Origin: Rhodobacterales bacterium
GTDB taxonomy: Bacteria > Pseudomonadota > Alphaproteobacteria > Rhodospirillales > JACKKN01
Length of the DNA: 34,924 nucleotides
Assembly: GCA_020446745.1 (NCBI GenBank)
Contig: JAGREA010000394.1
Span: 1-34,924 of the forward strand
Direction: 5' to 3'
Below the pieces are notes generated by a model that saw only the letters and a list, made by a program, of their open reading frames with translations, did not search any database and was not told where the DNA came from. This document shows positions 1 to 8,029 of this stretch, piece after piece; positions within the stretch are counted from its first letter, which is position 1; each line of letters opens with the position of its first letter. The position numbers were made by a program, and so were the translations under genes.

Positions 1-984
<984 letters not shown>

Positions 985-1000
985 GGAGGAAAAACAGTCC

Positions 1001-1540
1001 ATGCACAACGCCATGAAACGCGCCGTCGCGGTCCGCACCGCCGGCACCTGGACCCCGCCCCCCGAGGCCGGGACCATCACCCTGCCCTACGACCAGCGCC
1101 ACCGCCGGCGCATCCGCATGGAGGACGACCGGGGCCTGCCGTTCCTGCTGGACCTGCCCAACGCGGTGCTGCTGGCCGACGGCGACGGCCTGGAGATGGA
1201 GGACGGCGGCGTGGTGATGGTGAAGGCCGCCCGCGAGCGGGTGGCCGACCTGCATTTCGACCGGGCCATGGACGCCATGCGCGTGGCCTGGCACGTGGGC
1301 AACCGGCACACCGCGGTGCAGGTCCTGTCGGACCGCACCCTGCGCATCGCCCACGATCACGTGCTGGTGGCCATGGCCGAGGGCCTGGGCGCCCGCGCCG
1401 AGGAGCTGGTGGCCCCCTTCCAGCCCGAGGGCGGCGCCTATGCCAGCGGCCATGGCCACGCCCATTCGCACGGGCACGGGCACGGGCATGGGCACGGGCA
1501 TGAACAAGGACACGGGCACGGGCACACCCATGGACACTGA
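1001..1540 (+). CDS. ureE: Urease accessory metallochaperone UreE with a His/Gly-rich tail
   Basis: GGAGGA lies 8 nt upstream of ATG 1001. The body is UreE-like (LPYDQRHRRRIRMEDDRG..., AWHVGNRHTAVQV). The tail is about 30 aa of [30 protein letters not shown]. Position between ureC and ureF fits. Confidence 0.9.
   Translation: MHNAMKRAVAVRTAGTWTPPPEAGTITLPYDQRHRRRIRMEDDRGLPFLLDLPNAVLLADGDGLEMEDGGVVMVKAARERVADLHFDRAMDAMRVAWHVGNRHTAVQVLSDRTLRIAHDHVLVAMAEGLGARAEELVAPFQPEGGAYASGHGHAHSHGHGHGHGHGHEQGHGHGHTHGH
1448..1537 (+). repeat. Imperfect hexanucleotide (CAY-GGN) repeat tract encoding the His-Gly tail of UreE
   Basis: Read directly: ggc cat ggc cac gcc cat tcg cac ggg cac ggg cac ggg cat ggg cac ggg cat gaa caa gga cac ggg cac ggg cac acc cat gga cac. 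The ureF start codon lies inside its 3' end. Confidence 0.8.
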
Positions 1541-2222
1541 CATCCATCTGATCCGCCTGATGACCTGGCTGTCGCCCAGCTTCCCCGTGGGCGCCTTCGC
1601 CTTTTCCCACGGCCTGGAGCACGCCGTGGACCGGGGCGACGTGACCGACGCCGACACGGTGATCCGCTGGGTGGAAGGCATCCTGGCCTTCGGCGCCGGG
1701 CGCACCGACGCGGCCCTGTTCCGCAACGCCCACGAGGCCGTCGGCGAGAACGACGAGGCCCGCCTGGCCCGCGCCGTGGAATGGGGCGCCACCCTGCGCC
1801 CCACGGCCGAACTGGCCCTGGAAAGCGCCGCCCAGGGCCGCGCCTTCCTGGATCAGATGACCCGCGCCTGGCCGGACCGCCGCCTGGATGCCTGGAAACA
1901 GGCCCTGGCGGCCACGGACCGCGAGGCCGCCTATCCCATTGCCGTGGGCGTGGCCTGCGCCCTGCGGCAGATTCCCCTGCGCCCGGCGCTCACCGCCTAT
2001 CTGCACGCCTTCGCCGCCAACCTGGTGTCGGCCGTGGTGCGGCTGGTGCCCCTGGGGCAGACCGATGGCCAGCGTGCGCTCGCCGCCCTCGAGGCGGCGG
2101 TCGTGGCCTGTACCGACGCGGCCCTGCGACGCCGCGCCGACGATTACGGCGGTGCCGCGCTCACCGTCGACTGGCACTCCACGCAACACGAAACCCAATA
2201 CACAAGGCTGTTTCGATCATGA
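1530..2222 (+). CDS. ureF: Urease accessory protein UreF
   Basis: ATG 1530 overlaps the ureE stop (ATGGACACTGA). The N-terminus [33 protein letters not shown] is UreF-like. The stop overlaps the ureG start (ATGA at 2219-2222). The track's upstream start at 1440 reads the His-Gly repeat out of frame, so I rejected it. Confidence 0.85.
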   Translation: MDTDIHLIRLMTWLSPSFPVGAFAFSHGLEHAVDRGDVTDADTVIRWVEGILAFGAGRTDAALFRNAHEAVGENDEARLARAVEWGATLRPTAELALESAAQGRAFLDQMTRAWPDRRLDAWKQALAATDREAAYPIAVGVACALRQIPLRPALTAYLHAFAANLVSAVVRLVPLGQTDGQRALAALEAAVVACTDAALRRRADDYGGAALTVDWHSTQHETQYTRLFRS

Positions 2223-2851
2223 ACAATCTCCTACGAGTGGGTATCGGCGGTCCGGTCGGATCGGGCAAGACCGCCCTGCTGGAAAACCTGTGCCGGGTCA
2301 TGCGCGAAAGCTATGACATCGCCGCCGTGACCAACGACATCTACACCCGCGAAGACGCCATGTTCCTGGTCCGCTCGGGGGTGCTGCCGCCCGAACGCAT
2401 CGCCGGGGTGGAAACCGGCGGCTGCCCCCACACGGCCATCCGCGAGGACGCCTCCATGAACCTGGCGGCGGTGGCCGACCTGGCCGACACCTTCCCCGAC
2501 CTGGAACTGGTGTTCGTTGAAAGCGGTGGCGACAACCTGTCGGCCACCTTCTCGCCGGAACTGGCCGACATCACGATCTATGTCATCGACGTGTCGGCGG
2601 GCGACAAGATCCCCCGCAAGGGCGGCCCCGGCATCACCCGGTCCGACCTGCTGGTGATCAACAAGATCGACCTGGCCCCCCTGGTGGGCGCCGACCTGGG
2701 GGTCATGGACCGCGACGCCCATCGCATGCGGGGCTACCGGCCCTTCGTGTTTTCCAACATGAAGACCGGCGAGGGCCTGGACGCCATCGTCGACTTCATC
2801 ATCCGCACCGGGGGCCTGCGCCAGACGCGCCCGGCCGCGAAAATCGCCTGA
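2219..2851 (+). CDS. ureG: Urease accessory GTPase UreG
   Basis: [25 protein letters not shown] (P-loop), [20 protein letters not shown] and NKIDLAP motifs. ATGA coupling to ureF. Confidence 0.96.
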   Translation: MNNLLRVGIGGPVGSGKTALLENLCRVMRESYDIAAVTNDIYTREDAMFLVRSGVLPPERIAGVETGGCPHTAIREDASMNLAAVADLADTFPDLELVFVESGGDNLSATFSPELADITIYVIDVSAGDKIPRKGGPGITRSDLLVINKIDLAPLVGADLGVMDRDAHRMRGYRPFVFSNMKTGEGLDAIVDFIIRTGGLRQTRPAAKIA

Positions 2852-3087
2852 CCGACGGCGGCCCGCGCCGAAGCACCGGTGCCGGGCCGATTCGTTGGCA
2901 CACCAACACCATCCCGACCTTCCGCGGCCGGCCCCCGGTGCCGCCCGGAACAACGGATGACGGCATCGACTTGGACTCGTTCCAGGAAATGTGGTAGCGC
3001 AGGTGATCCGCGCGCGGGGGGAGGCGGCGGCGCATCGGCCCCTTTTCCCGTGTCCGGGTCCGTTCCATCCGCGGGGGCCCGCGCCTT

Positions 3088-3117
3088 CGTTCCGTTCCGT
3101 TTCGTTTCGTTTCGTTC
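3088..3117 (+). repeat. Six tandem pentamers CGTT(C/T): CGTTC CGTTC CGTTT CGTTT CGTTT CGTTC
   Basis: Read directly from the sequence. Lies 22-51 nt upstream of the SulP start codon at 3139, in the 287-nt ureG-SulP spacer. Confidence 0.85.
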
Positions 3118-3138
3118 CAGCGCCCCCGTCGGTCCACC

Positions 3139-5382
3139 ATGCCCAACCCCAGCGCCCGACTGATCAGGAGAAGCGGCATCCGGTCGGCCCACGACCTGAT
3201 CCGCAACATCCTCAGTGGTTCGGTGCTGGGCATCGTCACCGTCACCTACAGCGTGTCCTTCGCCGCCCTGCTGTTTTCCGGTCCCCTGACCGACGGCCTG
3301 GGCTTCGGCGTGGCGGCCATGCTGGTATCGGCGGGCCTGACCGCCATCGTGTTGTCCATGGGCAGTTCCCTGCGCATGGTCACCGGCGGGCCCGACACCC
3401 CGGTGATGGCGGTGATGAGCGCCATGGCCCTGGGCATCTCCACGGCCTTCGCCGACGTGGCCACGCCCGACCAGATCGTGCAGATCGTGCTGTTCGCCGG
3501 GGTGTCCTGCACCCTGCTGACGGGCCTTATCCTGTATGCCATCGGGGCGCTTCGGGTGGGGGCCTGGATGCGCTTCATCCCCTACCCCGTGGTGGCCGGC
3601 TTCCTGGCGGCCTCGGGCTGGTTCCTGTGCGCCGGCGCCGTGGGCGTGGCCACGGGCATCCACTTCGACCTGGAAACGGCGTCCGTCGCCGCCTACCAGG
3701 ACCGCTCCGGCCACCTGCTGGCCACCCTGGCCTTCTGCGGCGCCGTGCTGGTGGCCAACCGCCTGAGCGGCCATTACAGCGTGCTGCCCATCCTGATCAT
3801 CGGCGGCAGCCTGCTGATCCACGCCGTGCTGGCCGCCCTGGGCATTTCCGCCGAGGCGGCCCGGGCCGACGGCTGGCTGCTGCCGGTCAGTCGCAGCGCC
3901 GTCCTGTGGCACCCCTGGACGGGCCTGGAATACGGCAGCCTGGACTGGCCCCTGCTGCTGACCCACATGGGCGAGGTGGGCGCGGTGATCGGCGTGACCG
4001 CCCTGACCATCCTGCTGAACGCCACGGGGCTGGAGGTGATGCAGGGCACCAACGCCGACCTGGACCGGGAATTCCGCACCAACGGCCTGATCAACGTGCT
4101 GGGCGGCCTGGCCGGCGGCATGGTGGGCAACCTGTCGCTGAACCGGTCGCTGATCCAGGTGCGGGCCGGGGCCACCAGCCCGGTCAGCGGCATCATCGCC
4201 GGCACGCTGTGCATGGTGCTGCTGGCCGCGGGCAACGGGGTGACCGGGCTGATCCCGTCGTCGGTGCTGGGCGGCCTGCTGCTCTACATGGGCATTTCCA
4301 TCCTGCTGCGCTGGGTGGTGCGGGTGCGCCGCCGCCTGACCTGGACCGACTACGGCCTGGTGCTGGCCATCTTCGTGCTGATCGTGCAGCGCGGCTACCT
4401 GGAAGGGGCCGGCCTGGGCCTGGTCGCCGCCTGCCTGTTCTTCGCCTTCAACTACAGCCGCATCCGGGTGATCCGCCGCAGCCTGAACCGGGGCGAATAC
4501 GGCAGCTACGTGGAACGGTCGTCCGAGGAACTGGCGGTGCTGTCGGAACAGGGCGACGCCATCCGCATCCTGTGGCTGCAGGGCTACCTGTTCTTCGGGT
4601 CGGCCAACGCCATGCTGCAGGGCATCCGGGAAATGGTGCTGACCAACGCCGGGGTGCCCGTGCGCTGGCTGGTGCTGGACTTCCGCCACGTGTCGGGCAT
4701 CGACTGTTCGGCCACCTACAGCTTCACCCGGCTGCGCCAGTTCGCCGCCCAGCACGGCGTGCGCCTGGCCTTCAGCAGCCTGTCCCTTTCCGTGCTGCGG
4801 GGCCTGGACAACGACATGTTCTCCAGCACCATGCCCGATTCCCGGGGCGGCCCCGTGTGCCGCCAGTTCCCCAACCTGGACGCCGCCCTGGAAGCCTGCG
4901 AGGAGGACATCCTGGCCCGCGGCGGGGCCCTGCAGCGGCCCGACCAGAACTTCCAGGGCTGGCTGGAAAGGCACCTGGGCGGGCCGGAATCGACACGGGT
5001 GCTGATGTCCTACCTGAACCGCATCAAGTTGGCCTCGGGCGAGGCGCTGTACAAGCAGGGCTCGCCGTCGGACACCATCGACATGGTGGCCTCGGGCCGG
5101 GTCAGCGTGCTGCTGAACCTGGGCGGCAAGGCGCCGGTGCGCCTGCGCAGCATGACCGACCACACGGTGCTGGGGGAAATGGGCTTCTATCGCCAGGCCA
5201 TCCGCGCCGCCGACGTGGTGGCCGACCAGGAAACGGTGGTCTATCGCCTGCACCGCGACGCCTACGAACGCCTGTCGCGCGAGGCGCCGGACACCTGCCA
5301 GGCGTTCCAGTCCATGATCATCCACGTGCTGTCCGAACGCCTGAGCTTCGCCAACAACGAGATCGTGGCCCTGCAGAAGTAG
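3139..5382 (+). CDS. SulP/SLC26-family anion transporter fused to STAS and a C-terminal cyclic-nucleotide-binding (CAP/CNB-like) domain
   Basis: 747-aa ORF. The N-terminal ~480 aa are polytopic and hydrophobic, with SulP-like segments (VTYSVSFAALLFSG, GLINVLGGLAGGM). A STAS-like block follows (IRILWLQGYLFFGSANAM...WLVLDFRHVSGIDCSATYSF). The C-terminus reads as a cNMP-binding fold (LASGEALYKQGSPSDTIDMVASGRVSV...VLGEMGFYRQAIRAADVVA). No clear SD; 3139 is the most upstream in-frame start. Confidence 0.85.
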   Translation: MPNPSARLIRRSGIRSAHDLIRNILSGSVLGIVTVTYSVSFAALLFSGPLTDGLGFGVAAMLVSAGLTAIVLSMGSSLRMVTGGPDTPVMAVMSAMALGISTAFADVATPDQIVQIVLFAGVSCTLLTGLILYAIGALRVGAWMRFIPYPVVAGFLAASGWFLCAGAVGVATGIHFDLETASVAAYQDRSGHLLATLAFCGAVLVANRLSGHYSVLPILIIGGSLLIHAVLAALGISAEAARADGWLLPVSRSAVLWHPWTGLEYGSLDWPLLLTHMGEVGAVIGVTALTILLNATGLEVMQGTNADLDREFRTNGLINVLGGLAGGMVGNLSLNRSLIQVRAGATSPVSGIIAGTLCMVLLAAGNGVTGLIPSSVLGGLLLYMGISILLRWVVRVRRRLTWTDYGLVLAIFVLIVQRGYLEGAGLGLVAACLFFAFNYSRIRVIRRSLNRGEYGSYVERSSEELAVLSEQGDAIRILWLQGYLFFGSANAMLQGIREMVLTNAGVPVRWLVLDFRHVSGIDCSATYSFTRLRQFAAQHGVRLAFSSLSLSVLRGLDNDMFSSTMPDSRGGPVCRQFPNLDAALEACEEDILARGGALQRPDQNFQGWLERHLGGPESTRVLMSYLNRIKLASGEALYKQGSPSDTIDMVASGRVSVLLNLGGKAPVRLRSMTDHTVLGEMGFYRQAIRAADVVADQETVVYRLHRDAYERLSREAPDTCQAFQSMIIHVLSERLSFANNEIVALQK

Positions 5383-5392
5383 CCGCGGGACG

Positions 5393-6418
5393 CTACAGCC
5401 GTTCCAGCACCTTCAGCGCCGGGTCCAGGATCTGCGGATCGAAGTAGGTGCCGCGCATTTCCCGCATGATTTCCAGGGTCCGCCACTTCTTCAGGGCCGA
5501 CCGGTAGGGCCGGTGGCTGGACATGGCCTCGTAGTTGTCGGCAATGGCGACGATGCGGGCCTCCAGGCAGATGTCGTCGCCGGCCAGGCCGTAGGGATAT
5601 CCCTGGCCGTCGAACCGTTCGTGGTGCTGCACGATGATCTTCTCGATGGGCCAGGGAAACTGGATGTCGGCGACGATGGACCCGCCGATTTCCGGATGCT
5701 GCTTGACCAGCGAGAACTGCTGTTCCGACAGGCGCCCCGGAAAGGTCAGGATCTCGGCCGGGATGCCCAGCTTGCCACAGTCGTGGATCAGGGCCCCCAT
5801 TTCGATGCCGCACAGGTCCATGTCCGACAGGCCCAGGTCCTGGCCGATGGCCACGGCGATGTCGGCCACGCCCCGCTGGTGGCCGGCCGTGTAGGGATCG
5901 CGGATCTCGATGGCCCGGGACAGGGCCGACACCAGCTTCATCAGGTTGACCTGGATCTGCTCGCGGGTCGCCATCAACTGGGACTGTTCCGACGACAGCA
6001 GGGTTTCCAGCTTCTGCAGCTTGGCGTCGCGGCCGTTGATGATGCGCCGGGTCTTGTCCAACTGGGCCTGGATGGTGGACAGCATCAGATCGAAGTCGAT
6101 GGGCTTGGTGATGTAGTCGTCGGCGCCGTTGCCCTTGCCGGCGATGATGTCGGACCGGTCGGCGAAGGCGGTCATGAAGATGAAGGTCATGTCCTGGGTC
6201 TGATCGGGGGTGGACCGCACCTGGCGCAGGACTTCCCAGCCGTCCATCACCGGCATCTGGATGTCGCACAGGACGACGTCGGGCCGGGAATCGAAGATCA
6301 GCCGCAGGCCCCGGTCGCCGTCGGGCGCCTCCAGGGTCTCGTAGCCGGCTTCCCGCAGTTCCAGCAGGATGTCCCGCCGCAGGAGGTCCTCGTCCTCGAT
6401 GCACAGCACAACCGTCAC
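5393..6418 (-). CDS. Response regulator: REC + HD-GYP domain (c-di-GMP phosphodiesterase type, RpfG family)
   Basis: REC: VLCIEDEDLL, DVVLCDIQMPVMDG, GADDYITKP. HD-GYP: GHQRGVADIA, LIHDCGKLGIP, HHERFDGQGYPYGL, IADNYEAMSSHRPY. Confidence 0.9.
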   Translation of the reverse strand: MTVVLCIEDEDLLRRDILLELREAGYETLEAPDGDRGLRLIFDSRPDVVLCDIQMPVMDGWEVLRQVRSTPDQTQDMTFIFMTAFADRSDIIAGKGNGADDYITKPIDFDLMLSTIQAQLDKTRRIINGRDAKLQKLETLLSSEQSQLMATREQIQVNLMKLVSALSRAIEIRDPYTAGHQRGVADIAVAIGQDLGLSDMDLCGIEMGALIHDCGKLGIPAEILTFPGRLSEQQFSLVKQHPEIGGSIVADIQFPWPIEKIIVQHHERFDGQGYPYGLAGDDICLEARIVAIADNYEAMSSHRPYRSALKKWRTLEIMREMRGTYFDPQILDPALKVLERL

Positions 6419-6437
6419 GTCGCTTTCCTTCCTTCGG

Positions 6438-8021
6438 CTAGTCGGGGAAATCCACGTCCCGACCGAACATCAAGTCCACCGAATGGCGCAGGGCCACCTG
6501 GATCTTCGACCAGGTGGTCACGCCCGAGCAGTAGGAGTGGGCGCCCGAGGCCTTGGCCAGGGCTGCCAGCCGCTCGAATTCCCGGCCCAGCGAGGCCGGC
6601 TCCAGGCGCAGGTGGCTGGCCTTCAGGCCCATGCCCAGGAAGCCGACGCCGGTCCAGGGGTCATAGGCCCCCAGGGGGAACGTGAAACGCAGCGCCAGGC
6701 CGCCGCAGCGGGGCCGCAGGGTGCGCAGGGTATCTTCCACCTGGGGCCGGTAGGCATCGGGCAGCAGGCCGCGGATCTCGATGATCAGGCGCTGGCGCGG
6801 CAGCCCGTCGGCCAGGCCCTTCAGGGCCGCCAACACCGTGTCGCCGCCCTTCGCCTGCAGGCTGGTCCAGTGCACCGGCAGCACCAGGACGCCGGTGTCG
6901 GAGTCCCGCACCGCGGGGGGCAGCGCCGCTTCGGCGTGGCGCAGCAGGTGCAGGTCCAGGTCCACCAGCGCCGGGTTCATGATCCCGCCCTGCAGGATGT
7001 CGGACCCGTAGAAGGTGCCGTATTCCTGCTGCTGCAGGTATTCGGCCACATAGCCCACCCTTCTGCGCTTGCGCACGTTCCAGATGTCGATCCACTGCAC
7101 CGTGGTCGCCGGCCCCGTTCGGCCGCCATCGGCGGGGGTGGAACCCGCTTCGCCCCGGGGCACCATGGCAACCCCCTCGCCGTCCCCGCCGCCCACGGCC
7201 ACCGGGCCGGTGGCCGTGCCGGGGGCCGTCATCAGCACGAACTCCTTGGACTTCACCGCCTCCGACCCCAGGATGTGGGCCGTGATCTCGTCGGCGATCC
7301 GGTTGGTGCGGACGATGGCCTCGGTCTCGGTGAACCCGGGGAACAGCAGCACATAGCCGCAGGGGCCATAGCGGGAATAGGACTGGTCCGGCCCCAGCAT
7401 GTCGCGCAGGGTGCTTTCGGCCATGGTCAGGATCTTGCGGCGCATGCGGTCCCAGTCGGCGCCCAGGCGTTCCTTGATGGGTTCCAGGTTCAGCACCTGC
7501 ACCTTGCCGGCGGAAAACAGCGACTTGCTCTGGCGGCTGCCTTCCAGGCGGATGCCCGTGTCGCCGGCCGCGGCAAGATCGTCCTCCATCTTCTTCTTGG
7601 TCGCCTGGTAGACGCGGATCAGTTCCTGCTGCTTCTTTTCCGCCATGCGCGTGGTCTGGCGCAGGTGGGCCGCCACCTTGACCAGCAGGGTGTCGTAATC
7701 GATGGGCTTGACGATGTAGTCGTCGGCGCCCAGGGACAGGCCCCTCATCACCTGCTCGCGCTCGGCCAGGGCCGACAGGAACAGGAACGGCGTGTCATCC
7801 AGGTGGCGCAGGTTCTCGCGCACCTCGCGCAGCACGCCGAAGCCGTCCACCTCGGGCATCATGATGTCGCACAGCACCAGGTCGACCGCGTCGGTCCGCA
7901 GGATGTCCAGGCCCTCGGCGCCGTTGGCGGCGGCGCGCACCTCATAGCCGGCATCCCGAAGTTCCTCGGTAATGTCCCGCAGAAGCGGCGCTTCATCTTC
8001 GATACACAGGACCGTGGGCAT
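6438..8021 (-). CDS. Response regulator: REC + C-terminal region resembling degenerate GGDEF-like and EAL-like domains (catalytic motifs absent)
   Basis: The REC domain is clear (VLCIEDEAPLL, DLVLCDIMMPEVDG, GADDYIVKP). SRYGPCGYVLLFPG...TEAIV (aa 216-236) aligns by eye with the RxGGDEFxxLLPG...eeA core. The C-terminal VLVLPVH / LIIEIRG / LALRFTFPLG / GMGLKAS / CSGVTT...MFG lines up with EAL-domain motif positions (NxS / ELTE / DDFGTG / KxD / AEGVE...QG) but is mostly substituted. The C-terminal assignment is inference. Confidence 0.7.
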   Translation of the reverse strand: MPTVLCIEDEAPLLRDITEELRDAGYEVRAAANGAEGLDILRTDAVDLVLCDIMMPEVDGFGVLREVRENLRHLDDTPFLFLSALAEREQVMRGLSLGADDYIVKPIDYDTLLVKVAAHLRQTTRMAEKKQQELIRVYQATKKKMEDDLAAAGDTGIRLEGSRQSKSLFSAGKVQVLNLEPIKERLGADWDRMRRKILTMAESTLRDMLGPDQSYSRYGPCGYVLLFPGFTETEAIVRTNRIADEITAHILGSEAVKSKEFVLMTAPGTATGPVAVGGGDGEGVAMVPRGEAGSTPADGGRTGPATTVQWIDIWNVRKRRRVGYVAEYLQQQEYGTFYGSDILQGGIMNPALVDLDLHLLRHAEAALPPAVRDSDTGVLVLPVHWTSLQAKGGDTVLAALKGLADGLPRQRLIIEIRGLLPDAYRPQVEDTLRTLRPRCGGLALRFTFPLGAYDPWTGVGFLGMGLKASHLRLEPASLGREFERLAALAKASGAHSYCSGVTTWSKIQVALRHSVDLMFGRDVDFPD

Positions 8022-8029
8022 GGCGGGGC

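Noticed and set aside
1440-1529. Upstream start (ATG 1440) for ureF
   Set aside because: The extra 30 aa (…TGTGTGMGTGMNKDTGTGTP) are simply the UreE His-Gly repeat read in another frame. UreF similarity starts at [10 protein letters not shown] (1530).
2858-2890. Hairpin CGGCCCG...GCACCGGTGC...CGGGCCG after ureG as a rho-independent terminator
   Set aside because: The stem is plausible, but only a weak, interrupted T stretch (ATTCGTTGG) follows. I did not list it as a feature because support is marginal.
2896-2910. Sigma-54-like TGGCAC element upstream of the SulP gene (another TGGCAC occurs at 11672-11677)
   Set aside because: The -12 element is missing: TGGCAC-accaa-CACC instead of TGGCAC-N5-TTGC. 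The second copy has no appropriately oriented downstream gene.
2734-5325. 863-aa minus-strand ORF antisense to the SulP gene
   Set aside because: Its translation is low-complexity and rich in Gly, Ala, Arg, Pro, His and Gln, with no recognisable motif. It lies exactly opposite a gene with clear family signatures. This is a typical shadow ORF of high-GC DNA with few stop codons.
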